A stretch of 64,000 bases of DNA from Promethearchaeota archaeon (GCA_019058445.1 JAHPZA010000003.1:452919-516918); one strand, 5' to 3'; positions 29,164-39,951 are shown, counted from the stretch's first letter. Program-made: numbers and translations. Notes: a model not told the origin generated them from the letters alone.

Positions 29164-30063
29164 TCAAAAAGCATCTACATTACTCGCGTTTTCAAAATCA
29201 AAAAGCGGATTTGTTTTAATCAATGCGCCAAGATGAAATACTCCAAAAGAACCACATAAATCGCAATCTACATCATTCCCGTGGCAACAAAATGGAATTT
29301 CAAAGCCCTCATCACCTAAATAAAGTGGCAGCAAATATTTCTTTAGCGGACAATTGTTTGTAATGTCGAGTGCATTTTGAGAGAATAGCAATTCAAAAGC
29401 TAAATCCTTGTTGAGTATAAAATTTGGATATTTCTTTTTTATGGAATATGCTTTTTTTACTGCGTTATCTCGTTCTTTTAATGATTTCCAGGCAAATTCA
29501 GATGTATCATTCTTCCTTGGTACGTAAAATGAAAAAATAAAACCTCTAATAGGGGTATCATTCATTATGATCTCAACGAGTTCTTCAAATTCTTTTTCAT
29601 TCTTTTTAGTAACAACACATTGGCATTGTAAATCACCTACAAAATCATCTGGTAAATTATTTAAGTTTTTAATAACCTTTTTGAAACACCCCTTTCCTCG
29701 AATTTCATCATTTATTTCTTCGGGACCATCTAATGAAATCACCCATTTTGTTTTTGGACCCAAATTAATTAAAGGTAGTGTTCCATTAGTAGTAACCACA
29801 TTACGGGGGAAAAGTTTTACACCTAATTTTAAAACATCCTTCCTTAGAAGGGGTTCTCCTCCCATCCACACCATTGAATAGATGCCATGTCTCCTCTTAT
29901 ATCTCTTAATCTCCTTTATCATTAAGTCTGCAGGCATTTCATCCTTTAGAGGTGTATTTGGATTTCCCTCTCGAAAGACAAAACAGTGCTTACATCGTAA
30001 GGTGCACCTATTGGTTATATTAACCATTGCAAGTGGATAAAAACGTCTTCTTTCAGGTTTCAT
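29164..30063 (-). CDS. Radical SAM protein with C-terminal Cys cluster
   Basis: CTLRCKHC, GGEP, TNGT and SLDG motifs; C-terminal C...CCHGNDVDCDLC. Confidence 0.92.
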   Translation of the reverse strand: MKPERRRFYPLAMVNITNRCTLRCKHCFVFREGNPNTPLKDEMPADLMIKEIKRYKRRHGIYSMVWMGGEPLLRKDVLKLGVKLFPRNVVTTNGTLPLINLGPKTKWVISLDGPEEINDEIRGKGCFKKVIKNLNNLPDDFVGDLQCQCVVTKKNEKEFEELVEIIMNDTPIRGFIFSFYVPRKNDTSEFAWKSLKERDNAVKKAYSIKKKYPNFILNKDLAFELLFSQNALDITNNCPLKKYLLPLYLGDEGFEIPFCCHGNDVDCDLCGSFGVFHLGALIKTNPLFDFENASNVDAF

Positions 30064-30106
30064 TCTCCTAAGAAAGATTAAGTTATAGTATTATTAAAAA
30101 ATGGAA

Positions 30107-30574
30107 TTAAATTAATTTTGCTGTATATTCTGTAATCTTCCTTAGATGTAAATCTTTCTTTATTTCCTTAGTGGTTAGTTCAAGTGTTGCGACTGGTGTT
30201 TTATCACTTAATTTAGCCATATTTTTAAAACATTTTTCTCCTCCACGTCCTCCTTCTGTGCAGAAGAAAGCGACCTTATTAAATTTCTCTTTATTCTCAA
30301 TAATATATGTTCTTATAGGAGTTGACATATTGCTTGTCCAAATAGGAGTTCCAATTCCTATTAAATCGTAAGATTCTGGATTCTTATTTATTTTTTCCAA
30401 AGTAGTTAACTTCTTCTTCATGGCATCTATAGCAGATTTTATATAACCAAAAAATCCTTTTCTGTTTTTAGTATCGAAAATCTCTTCAATGTCACAATTC
30501 AAATTTTCTGCAATTCTGTTGGCAACCCTTTTTGTCGTGCCTGTTCTAGAATAAAAAATTATTAAAATGCTCAT
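30107..30574 (-). CDS. Flavodoxin
   Basis: YSRTGTT FMN loop, GTPIW and FCTEGG motifs. Confidence 0.92.
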   Translation of the reverse strand: MSILIIFYSRTGTTKRVANRIAENLNCDIEEIFDTKNRKGFFGYIKSAIDAMKKKLTTLEKINKNPESYDLIGIGTPIWTSNMSTPIRTYIIENKEKFNKVAFFCTEGGRGGEKCFKNMAKLSDKTPVATLELTTKEIKKDLHLRKITEYTAKLI

Positions 30575-30677
30575 AGTAAATCAAATTAAACTTCAAAAAT
30601 TAATAAAAGTTATCTAAAATTCGTTAAAGTCAGAAATTTTCCAAGTTTTATATGATAAGTTAAAAATTGTACTATAA

Positions 30678-31226
30678 TTAAAACTTCAAATGTCTAAATC
30701 TATTAAGCATATAAAACATAAGCAGGGAAAATATAATAATTTGAAGTGCGAAGGAAATTTCCATTAATATTATCTTACCCCAACCCACATAACGTACAAC
30801 TTCCTTTACAATGCCTTGAACACGACTCCTAGGGATTGGGGCCGCATCTACTACTTCATTAGCGTCCCCCTTGGTTAAATAAAACCATTTACTTCCGTTT
30901 TTCCACTTATCAATGACTCGATGCACAATAGGATCTTCAGGAGCATCATCCCATAACCCACGTGCATCAAATACAATAACATCACCATCTCTATCATCTA
31001 TCGAGCCAGATTTAATTAAAGTATTATTCCTGATACCTTCAACAATTACCACATCCCCTTTATTGATATATGGTCTCATCGAATTTGATTTCACAACTGC
31101 TACTGGTTCAGAAGTGCACAGTGTAATCTTTAATATATATAAGATGATAATAGGGCTAAAAATCAAAAAAAATATGAAACAAACAATTATGCCCTTTTTA
31201 GTGATATCTCTAATTGTAATAATCAC
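30678..31226 (-). CDS. Signal peptidase I, archaeal/SEC11 type (S26B)
   Basis: SNSMRP, GD, IVHRV and TKGDAN..D motifs; N- and C-terminal TM. Confidence 0.92.
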   Translation of the reverse strand: MIITIRDITKKGIIVCFIFFLIFSPIIILYILKITLCTSEPVAVVKSNSMRPYINKGDVVIVEGIRNNTLIKSGSIDDRDGDVIVFDARGLWDDAPEDPIVHRVIDKWKNGSKWFYLTKGDANEVVDAAPIPRSRVQGIVKEVVRYVGWGKIILMEISFALQIIIFSLLMFYMLNRFRHLKF

Positions 31227-31517
31227 CTAAAATTTCTTATAAAACCCTACTATCTGAAAAAATCTCTACTTTCAACAAAATAATACAATTTCATCTTTAT
31301 AAACTTTTCAAGGTTATATATAAAATATAGGATAATATATAGGACTACATATGTATGATTTCTAATTTTCTTCTTGATAGAGGAAATAGGAATATACTTA
31401 AATCTTAAGTAAACAGGAGCTATGCACTCAGTTCCTTTATTATTTGACTTTTTAAATATGCTGCTAAAATTATAGTTATAAGCGATTAAAAACTAATGAT
31501 CTATTAAAAGAAAAAGA

Positions 31518-32885
31518 ATGCAAATCAGCAAATTGATTGAGAATAAGAGAAGTGAAAGGTTTAATTGGAATTTATTAGTTTCATTCTTTAATCAAAGAAA
31601 AGGACCTGATATTTTAATTAATCCGTATCATATCGAAGAATATCCTATTGAAGACTCTGAATTAGATGCCATTTTACAGAATTTGGATTATAATTTTGAA
31701 GAGGAGACGTTTATTTTTGGATTTCGAAAGAACGTGATACTTAACTATTTATTTAATACATATTCAGATTTCGCAAGATCCAAGCAAAATCTCCTTATGA
31801 TTTCTTATATAATCAGAGAGGAATATATTCATGAGCATAATATAGACACTCTTAGATTATTGGAAAGTAAAAAGCATATCCTTAAAGAATATGGCGAAGA
31901 ATTAAAAGAAATGGATAATCTCCCATTATTAATTCGAAAAATAGAAGATCCTGCCTGTGATATCTCAGAAGCGAAATATAATGAGTATAAAGAAGAATTT
32001 TACCAACTATATAAGAAATATTTTGAAAAACTTGAACCTATTTCTGATGTTTTCAAAAAGCTTACCATTACATGTCCAATTTGTAACACATCAAAAGAAA
32101 TTGATATCCCAGAAAGAATAATTAATTTTAACAAAGATATGACAACCATTCCAATCCCTCAGCATAGAATATGTGAACATGCGTTTTTAATGTGTTTGAA
32201 AACGGTGGACGATCAAATAAAAATTGGGAGTGTAAAAGAACTTGGGGATATACATGATTATCCTTCATTGAGAGATAAGCTTGAGCTTCAAGAAGAAGAT
32301 ATTATTGAAATCAAATCATATTTAAAATCCCAAACATTAATTTATGTTCTTAATGCGCACTTTTTTAAGAAAAATATATTAATTTTGACTAGAATTTCTG
32401 ATGATTTTAATACGATTATTTTGAAATTTTTCAACTTATTATTTCACAATACGTTTTCAATCTCAATTGCTGTAATTAATAGGTTACGATTCGAAGAAGA
32501 TCCAGACTTATATAAAGATTATCTTATTATTGAAAATATAAATAAGGATCCCATTAATTCAGAAAATTTATTCTATGAAAAGAAAATTGCTGAAAATTTT
32601 TATAATAATAATGATGATCTCTTAAGTTTAGATAATCTTAGGCATGAAATTTCATTTATTTACGGACTTTCTCAAGAAATCTATAAATATGCGACGAGGG
32701 AACAGCATCCATATCCTTTCAAACGAAAAGATCTAATTCGGAAATTGTTGGACACATTCCTTATTGAAATAAACAAAAATTTCCTCTCATTTTTACTAGA
32801 TATAGTAGAAAATTACTTTGGCACTCGAATTGAATTCACACAGGACTTATTGGCCAAAAAAATCGATGAAATGTGGGGGAGATAG
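31518..32885 (+). CDS. Hypothetical protein: possible longin/uDENN-like N-terminus, central Zn-binding motif
   Basis: LLVSFFNQRKGPDIL...ARSKQNLLMISYII pattern; CPIC...ICEH motif. Confidence 0.6.
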   Translation: MQISKLIENKRSERFNWNLLVSFFNQRKGPDILINPYHIEEYPIEDSELDAILQNLDYNFEEETFIFGFRKNVILNYLFNTYSDFARSKQNLLMISYIIREEYIHEHNIDTLRLLESKKHILKEYGEELKEMDNLPLLIRKIEDPACDISEAKYNEYKEEFYQLYKKYFEKLEPISDVFKKLTITCPICNTSKEIDIPERIINFNKDMTTIPIPQHRICEHAFLMCLKTVDDQIKIGSVKELGDIHDYPSLRDKLELQEEDIIEIKSYLKSQTLIYVLNAHFFKKNILILTRISDDFNTIILKFFNLLFHNTFSISIAVINRLRFEEDPDLYKDYLIIENINKDPINSENLFYEKKIAENFYNNNDDLLSLDNLRHEISFIYGLSQEIYKYATREQHPYPFKRKDLIRKLLDTFLIEINKNFLSFLLDIVENYFGTRIEFTQDLLAKKIDEMWGR

Positions 32886-33009
32886 AATTCTACTTTTAAA
32901 TTCCTATTTAATAGATTAATCATTCAGGAAGATGTTCATGAAATGAAATATACTCATAACCTCCTGGAATTCACATTCTTCGATATATATGTTAAAATTC
33001 ATACGAGTC

Positions 33010-33699
33010 TTATATTTTACGACCAATTCCATAATATATGAGAAAACCTGAAGGAATTGAGAAAATTGCCAAAACACTCCAGATAATCCGATATATAGGA
33101 TTATCCCAGAACACATAAAATAAAATGCCATAAACCATAAAAGATAGACACAGAACTCCAATTAAGAAGTATTTTAATTGTTGTTTAAGAAGCGCATCCG
33201 TAAATGAGTTATACACTTTTTTAGAATAGTAGAGAGTGGGTATAATCAGAAAAAACGTATAATATAGAATAAGTAAAATAGAAAAATAAAAAGCAAATTT
33301 GGGTCTCCAATTAGTATTTTTATTATATATAAAACCCTCTGGGTAGAGAAGAATTATAAAAGTAATAATTGCATATCCAATTAAAATTTTAAATCCATTG
33401 GGATGAGCTTGTTCAAGATTACGTGTGAATATAATAAGAAAAGAATGGGCGAAAAGACCCAAATAAAGAATTATAAAATACAAAATAAAGGCTGTAGGGT
33501 TTGTTCTTATTGGAATTAGAATCGCATTGAGAAATGCAACACTTGCTATGGTTAAATAATAACAACCTAAGGAACGTCCGATATGATTTTGATTGCGTTT
33601 AATTAAAACAATACCAAAATAAAAGAAAAAAATCCCTAATGTCAATTGAATTCCGTAAACAAGAAAAATTCGAGTCCAATCTGAATTGTCAATAATCAT
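33010..33699 (-). CDS. 7-TM membrane protein (sensor-like)
   Basis: About seven hydrophobic segments, ending IYYGIGRKI. Confidence 0.75.
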   Translation of the reverse strand: MIIDNSDWTRIFLVYGIQLTLGIFFFYFGIVLIKRNQNHIGRSLGCYYLTIASVAFLNAILIPIRTNPTAFILYFIILYLGLFAHSFLIIFTRNLEQAHPNGFKILIGYAIITFIILLYPEGFIYNKNTNWRPKFAFYFSILLILYYTFFLIIPTLYYSKKVYNSFTDALLKQQLKYFLIGVLCLSFMVYGILFYVFWDNPIYRIIWSVLAIFSIPSGFLIYYGIGRKI

Positions 33700-33975
33700 A
33701 ATGCAATCGATGATGTAGTATTTCTTATTATCAAATTCATCGAGTCATATCCCTAATTAATTATGAATACCATCTTTTTCCATTTAAGATTACAAGTATT
33801 AAATATAATTGTGATATGATAGAACAAACATTAAACAATTTAGTTTGTTTAAAAAACCGCCTTTATAAACGGTAGTTCTCCACTCTAAATGATTGAGATG
33901 ATAGTTAAATATTTTAAAGATTTTAGATTTTGGAAATTATTTATAAAAAAATAGTAAGAGACAAATTGAAAATTT

Positions 33976-34293
33976 TTATAGATTATTAAGTTCAAATTTG
34001 GTATCTTCGAGGAGCTTGTTTAGATTCCAGAAAAAAGCCTCAAATTTTTTAAATATTTGAAAATCAACATCACTATTATCTTTTTCTTCAACACAAAAAG
34101 GATTGTTTTTAAAAACTTTTGCTGTATCAATCGAAATTAAATTAGTTTCCAAAATTTTTTGCAGATCAGGGGATAATCTGGTTAGATATTCAGATAATTC
34201 AAAACCTGTACATTTATTATCAACCATTTCCTTTATTTCTTCTAAAACGGTTAATTCTTGTTCGAGTTCCTTTATTTTTTCTTTTTTATTCAT
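33976..34293 (-). CDS. Hypothetical protein
   Basis: 105-aa charged ORF with ATG start; no recognisable motif. Confidence 0.6.
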   Translation of the reverse strand: MNKKEKIKELEQELTVLEEIKEMVDNKCTGFELSEYLTRLSPDLQKILETNLISIDTAKVFKNNPFCVEEKDNSDVDFQIFKKFEAFFWNLNKLLEDTKFELNNL

Positions 34294-34564
34294 TTTTAAA
34301 TTATTATCTTTTAATTCGAATAAATTTTAATGGCAAATACCACCTAAAAATATATAATCATTGAGATATCTATGATTTAATGCACTAAAGTATTTTACCA
34401 TTATCTGGGTAAATAAACAAGGATTAACCTAATAAAACTTCTCTTAAAAAAGGATAAATTTAATATAAAAAGAGATTATAAAATTAACGCATGAATACGA
34501 GATAATTTTTAATATATTAGACCTTCAAAATATATCGCTGTTTATTTGAAAATTAAGGTATTAT

Positions 34565-34987
34565 TTATTTTTTCGTAAATAGCATATCTATAATAACCTC
34601 ATCTCTTGTTTTATTAATATAATTCTCAATCTCTCCCAATATTTCAGCCTTTCCTTCAAGGTTATATAGATTTTCATTCTTATATTTTTCAAAAAAATAA
34701 TCAACTATTCGTTGCAGAACTCTTAAAACTTTTTTATGTTTTACAGTTTTCAGGGAACTACCAACAAAAAATAAACTTTCTTTTTTAATTATATCAAATC
34801 GAATTTCTGAAAATTCAAATTGATTCAATTGTTCATGAGCAAAATCCTGGCAGAATATATTTAAAGCCCTAATCAAATTACTAAAAAATACTCCTTCAAT
34901 TTCAGGATTTTTAATTCTTCTTACTATAACTTTTCCTTCGGTAGTTATAATTAAGATATCCTCTAAAATATCAAACAAATTAAACAC
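34565..34987 (-). CDS. Longin-like domain protein
   Basis: Beta-beta-alpha-beta-beta-beta-alpha-alpha pattern (DILIITTEGKVIVRR...FFSNLIRALNIF...FDIIKKESLFFVG...LQRIVDYFFEKY). Confidence 0.65.
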   Translation of the reverse strand: MFNLFDILEDILIITTEGKVIVRRIKNPEIEGVFFSNLIRALNIFCQDFAHEQLNQFEFSEIRFDIIKKESLFFVGSSLKTVKHKKVLRVLQRIVDYFFEKYKNENLYNLEGKAEILGEIENYINKTRDEVIIDMLFTKK

Positions 34988-35152
34988 TTTATATTATTAT
35001 TACCCTAACTGTCCAAAAAGTTGTTCCAAAAATAAAGAAAAAAAAGAATTATTTAAATTTTTGTTAAGTATATAAATTAGAACTGATAAATTGAATAGAT
35101 TTCAATAACTTTTATTAGATCTTGAATTTCACGGTATTTATAAGTCTTTTTC

Positions 35153-35551
35153 TTATCCCGCTCGATTATATAAAATCGTGTTGACCACTACTAATCCGAT
35201 AAGTACGATTATAGTAATCCAAGTTCTTACTATTTCCATTGATGCATATGGCATGTAGGTCAATGATGCAATATCCAAGATTAACACAATGATCCACCAT
35301 ATAATAACAAGCTCCCATACAGGTTTCAATTTCTCTAATTCTCCTCTTTTTAGAGCAATCACACCACCAATTGCGAATGCTAAAACTGTTCCTCCAATAA
35401 CCCTCATATAATGTGGATTATAATAAGTTCCACCTGCAAATAAAATATCCGTTAGCACTAAGTATTGAATTGTATATATGATAGCAACGATTAAGTCAAT
35501 ATAAAATACATATTTCACTTCTTTTGAGAGCTCAACCATCTGATATCTCAT
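35153..35551 (-). CDS. 4-TM membrane protein
   Basis: Four hydrophobic helices; GAGGAG RBS upstream. Confidence 0.75.
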   Translation of the reverse strand: MRYQMVELSKEVKYVFYIDLIVAIIYTIQYLVLTDILFAGGTYYNPHYMRVIGGTVLAFAIGGVIALKRGELEKLKPVWELVIIWWIIVLILDIASLTYMPYASMEIVRTWITIIVLIGLVVVNTILYNRAG

Positions 35552-35712
35552 CTCCTCTCTATTTATTTTAAAAATGATTAAATATTGGATTTATATTTAG
35601 ATAAAATTTTACATAAATGTAAGAGAATCTCAATTTTAAATCTTTCTTAAAATGTGTTTAACTCATATAAAAATTATTAAATGTCCTGCTATTAACTTAC
35701 CTGCGAAAAAAT

Positions 35713-36585
35713 CTAAATGAAGAAAGTGTCAAATTCTGGATTCTCTTTTTTTAAAGCAGGAATATGAAAAACTCCAAAAGAACCACATAAGTCACAGTTA
35801 ACGTCATTTCCATAACAACAAAAAGGTATTTCGAATCCCTCATCACCTAAGTATAAGGGAATCATAAAATTCTTTACACAACAATCTCTAGTATATTTTA
35901 AAGCATTTTGAGATAACATATATTCAAGTGCGAGCACTCTATTTGGTATAAAAGAGGGATATTTTTTCTTTAAAGCTATTGCTTTTTTAACTGCAGCATC
36001 GCGGTCTTCTAAAGAATTCCAAGCAAATTCGGAAGTATCATTTTTTTTTGGAACATAAAAAGATAACACTAAACTGTGCACTGGTGTATCTTTCATCAAT
36101 ATTTCCGCTAATTCTTCAATGGAGTCTTCGTTTTTTTTAGTAATTGCGCATTGGCACTGGATTTTATTAGGGAAATTATCAGGAAGGTTATTTAAAGTAT
36201 TAATGACTTTTTGAAATGAGCCTTTTCCTCGTATTTCATCATTGATATGTTCGGGACCGTCGATTGATACTGTCCAATGTATTTTTGGATCGATATCTGG
36301 AATGGGTAGCGTACCATTAGTAGCAATAACATTTAAAGGAAACAGTTTCACACCAAGTTCTAATACATCCTTTCGTAAAAGAGGTTCTCCTCCCATCCAG
36401 AGCATTCTTATTATCCCATACTTTCTTTTATATTTTTTAAGTTTTTTTATCATTGTTTCTGCGGGCATCTCATTCTTCTTAGTAGGTGTATTCGGATTGC
36501 CTTCTCGGTACACAAAACAGTGTTTACAGCTTAAATTACATCTGTTTGTTATATTTACCAAGGCCAATGGATATTTTTTATTCAT
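35713..36585 (-). CDS. Radical SAM protein, paralogue of 29164-30063
   Basis: CNLSCKHC and GGEP motifs; CCYGNDVNCDLC; long identical stretches with 29164-30063. Confidence 0.92.
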   Translation of the reverse strand: MNKKYPLALVNITNRCNLSCKHCFVYREGNPNTPTKKNEMPAETMIKKLKKYKRKYGIIRMLWMGGEPLLRKDVLELGVKLFPLNVIATNGTLPIPDIDPKIHWTVSIDGPEHINDEIRGKGSFQKVINTLNNLPDNFPNKIQCQCAITKKNEDSIEELAEILMKDTPVHSLVLSFYVPKKNDTSEFAWNSLEDRDAAVKKAIALKKKYPSFIPNRVLALEYMLSQNALKYTRDCCVKNFMIPLYLGDEGFEIPFCCYGNDVNCDLCGSFGVFHIPALKKENPEFDTFFI

Positions 36586-36818
36586 TTTTTTTATACCAGA
36601 TTAATTAGATATATTCTGTTATTTATAAATTAATTACTTTAAGTAATAAATCTCACTTTTCTTTAACTCTTTTTTATAAAAGGTTTTTTCCAATAAATTA
36701 AATGTCACATCTGCTAATAGAAAGTATGCGATTAGTCTCATTTTTTTATGAAACATTAAAAAAACCTTTATTTTTTTTAAATTATCTTTTAAAATTAAAA
36801 ACTTAAGGATGATCTTAA

Positions 36819-37322
36819 ATGGGATTATTAGCAGAAAATAGTGTTAAAGATTTGCCAACTCGATTTGAGACAGTACCGTATAGTACTTTTTTCAAACTCT
36901 GGTATGCTCTTCAAAAATCACTCCCTTCAGATAAAAAAGGAGAAATTCTCACGAGAATAGGACGAACAATCGGAAGAGAATTCGATGATGAAGGAATCGA
37001 GACAATTAACGATTTTTTAGCTAGGTTGGAGCAATTTTTGGAACAAGAATGGGCAATTACTGATAATGCAAAAGTAGAAGTTCTAAGAGATAGAGAAGGA
37101 AAAATTGTTAAATTAATAGCAAAACAAGACAGCTGTAAAATGTGTTTTGCCAATACTTATTATAGATTTCACGACAATGGAAGTCCATCTTGTATGTTTC
37201 CTCAAGTTGTTATGGGAATTTTATCAAAGGTGAAAAATAAGTTCGGGTTTAAGAATTTGAGATATGAGGGCGTTCAGAAAGGTGGAGTTGGAGTGTGCGC
37301 CATGACATGGAACGTTAAATAG
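36819..37322 (+). CDS. V4R/methanogen-output-domain-like protein
   Basis: ILTRIGRTIGRE helix followed by SCKMC...C...C Zn-ligand spacing typical of the V4R/H-NOX/Bet3 fold. Confidence 0.65.
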   Translation: MGLLAENSVKDLPTRFETVPYSTFFKLWYALQKSLPSDKKGEILTRIGRTIGREFDDEGIETINDFLARLEQFLEQEWAITDNAKVEVLRDREGKIVKLIAKQDSCKMCFANTYYRFHDNGSPSCMFPQVVMGILSKVKNKFGFKNLRYEGVQKGGVGVCAMTWNVK

Positions 37323-37425
37323 ATAGGTTACCTCTTTTTTTATTATTTCTCTTTATTTTTTGACTAAATTAAATAATATAAAAAAAGATAAAAAAGAATT
37401 ATCGAATTATAACATTTTCTTGCCG

Positions 37426-38064
37426 TTAATGCCAAAGAATTAGCGGATAAATGATAACTATAGGTACTGTTGCGATACTTATTATCACTACAAGAAAAGG
37501 TTTAAGAGTGTGTATTTTAGCCTTATATAAATGGATATCCGCTACAATTATCCAGATGATACATGTCCAGATACAAATAAGTTTGATTAATGCAAAGCAG
37601 CTATGAATTATGGCCCATATATCAGGGAAGCCTTGTGGGTCAGTAAGCATCAGTAATATAAAACCATTTTCAGTGTTATCACAAATAGCTGCAATTATTC
37701 CTAAAATAGCTATAAAATATCCTGATTTTCTCCATTTTGATACTTCCTCGAATTTCCGTCCAAGATATAAAATCATACTAAAATAAAATATTCCGTAGCT
37801 TACAGCATAAACATCGTCTAAAATAATAGCTATTCTATAATAATTAATCTGTTCAGCAGTCATCGATCTAAGTAGTGATTTATAATACGATCCACTGAAT
37901 GAAAGTTGGTGTATGTAGAAATTTTGTGGAAAAGTGGATAATGTCCAATAGTAAGCTAAAATTGGAAAATGGACAGCATAGAGAATGATACTAAAATATA
38001 TTAAAATTTTAATATTTCTTTCAGATGGCCAATTGGCTAATTTTTCTAACTTCATTCTATTCAC
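37426..38064 (-). CDS. Membrane protein
   Basis: About five TM segments; DNTEN motif. Confidence 0.7.
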   Translation of the reverse strand: MNRMKLEKLANWPSERNIKILIYFSIILYAVHFPILAYYWTLSTFPQNFYIHQLSFSGSYYKSLLRSMTAEQINYYRIAIILDDVYAVSYGIFYFSMILYLGRKFEEVSKWRKSGYFIAILGIIAAICDNTENGFILLMLTDPQGFPDIWAIIHSCFALIKLICIWTCIIWIIVADIHLYKAKIHTLKPFLVVIISIATVPIVIIYPLILWH

Positions 38065-38244
38065 GGGGATTTCTGAATTATTTTTGCTGATAAAAATGTG
38101 GAATATAAAACTCTTTTTAAATCTTTCCTCTTATATCAGATTAAAGCATTTGAACTTTCTGTCAAAATTTTTTCAATGAAAGTAAATCTCTTGTATGTAC
38201 TGCAAAAGTAACTATAAATACAGATAGTATACATATTTATTATT

Positions 38245-38892
38245 ATGGAAAATACAAGCTTTATTGAAAAGTTGACTACCCCTAAATTCGTCAAAATTTC
38301 GACTATTACTGCGTTAATCGTTGCATTTTCATGTTTGATCATTGGTTATATAATAGCTCAATTTGGCCCTTACGGATATAACATGTTCGATAACTATATA
38401 AGTGATATGGGTTCGAGCCGCTATACCCCGTTTCCCTACATGAGAACAATATCTAATCTTATATCTAGCCCTCTGTTCTTTCCTTTAACTTTTTACATGA
38501 AACAAAAATTATTACCAAAATCTCAAGTACTTCCAAGAAAAAGACAGATCTTAGGTAAATTGGGTTTTATCGGAATGCTTATGATTTTTATAGGGATGAC
38601 AATCACAGGTATAATTACCGAAGATGTGAATATGCAAATTCATACCTATATTGCAATTTTCGCAATTTTTGGAGGGGTACTTGCTACTTTTACTTATGGA
38701 CTACTAATTACTAGATATCCCTCTCAAGTGCCTAAAAAAGTGGGAATCTATATGACACTCTGTATTCCAATTATTGCGATCTTAGCCATAATAGGATTCC
38801 CTTCTCGAATTTTTTATGAATGGATTCTATTATTTGCACTATATTCTTGGATTATTCTTTGCAGTGCTTTTCTTCTAAAAAATACAAATTAA
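38245..38892 (+). CDS. DUF998-like membrane protein
   Basis: YNMFDNYISDMG, a conserved His (QIH) and a C-terminal EW; 6 TM. Confidence 0.75.
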   Translation: MENTSFIEKLTTPKFVKISTITALIVAFSCLIIGYIIAQFGPYGYNMFDNYISDMGSSRYTPFPYMRTISNLISSPLFFPLTFYMKQKLLPKSQVLPRKRQILGKLGFIGMLMIFIGMTITGIITEDVNMQIHTYIAIFAIFGGVLATFTYGLLITRYPSQVPKKVGIYMTLCIPIIAILAIIGFPSRIFYEWILLFALYSWIILCSAFLLKNTN

Positions 38893-39012
38893 GAAGAAAT
38901 TTTTCAACAATCTCCCCAAATCATTCTTTTTTAAATATTACCCATACTTATAAGATACCTAACACCGTGTTCAATAATAAATATAAAAAAAGAGAATTAC
39001 TATAAATTTAAT

Positions 39013-39951
39013 ATGAGAATCCAAAAAAAACACAATTTTTTATTAGTTAGCATTTTGTTTCTGGTTCTTTTTTCTATGACTCCTGCAATTTATTGCGACA
39101 GTGACGAATATGAAATGGGTATTGATGAAAATGGTATTATAGTCTGGGAAGTCATTGACGCCGATGAAGATCAAATAGAGTACCTCTTATCTGTTGCGGA
39201 ATTAGATGAAGATGATTTTGATTATGAAGAAGAGGATGAAATTAAATACGAAATAAATTCAATAACAGAGGTCTCTGATGAGGAATATTATATAATATCA
39301 TATGACGAATATGAGAATGATGAGGACCAAGGAACAAAAGCAGAAAAAATAGCGATGGACCCTGGTGAGCTGGCAGAAGATTTGGAAGACTTTGAGCTAG
39401 ATGACTATTCAATAACGTTTGTATTAACCGATACGGAAGACTACATTGATGAAGTTGGTGATGATGTTTCAGATACCTACAAACCATTTGTATATACTTC
39501 CGGATCATCGGTTATTTTAAATGGTTCAGTTGGAAGTTTTTTATTTTGGCTAAAGATGGATTACGATAAGCATGGAATACTGGAAGAAATTTTATTAGTG
39601 TACGACGGACAAGAAATTTTTAATATGGAACAAAAAAGTTATACGAAATCAAACCGTCTACCTTTAATCTGGATTATAATTATTTTCTTGCTTATAATAG
39701 GGGCAATTATTACCATAGTTATAGCACTAATCGTTGTTTTGACCAAACACGCAAAAAAGAAAAAACCAAAAAAGGTTCCCACCCCCTCAGAACCATCTGT
39801 TATTGCCGAACCAGAACAATTGGAAAAGACTCAAATAGTATCCGAAGATGAGGCAAAAAAAAAACCTAAGAAGACACAGTTTTGTTCAAATTGTGGTGCT
39901 GAAAGAGACACTGATAGCGCGTACTGCACATATTGTGGAAGTAAATTCTGA
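39013..39951 (+). CDS. Single-pass membrane protein: signal peptide, acidic ectodomain, cytoplasmic double zinc ribbon
   Basis: N-terminal hydrophobic leader, D/E-rich domain, long TM followed by a K-rich stop-transfer, then FCSNCG...YCTYCG. Confidence 0.8.
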   Translation: MRIQKKHNFLLVSILFLVLFSMTPAIYCDSDEYEMGIDENGIIVWEVIDADEDQIEYLLSVAELDEDDFDYEEEDEIKYEINSITEVSDEEYYIISYDEYENDEDQGTKAEKIAMDPGELAEDLEDFELDDYSITFVLTDTEDYIDEVGDDVSDTYKPFVYTSGSSVILNGSVGSFLFWLKMDYDKHGILEEILLVYDGQEIFNMEQKSYTKSNRLPLIWIIIIFLLIIGAIITIVIALIVVLTKHAKKKKPKKVPTPSEPSVIAEPEQLEKTQIVSEDEAKKKPKKTQFCSNCGAERDTDSAYCTYCGSKF

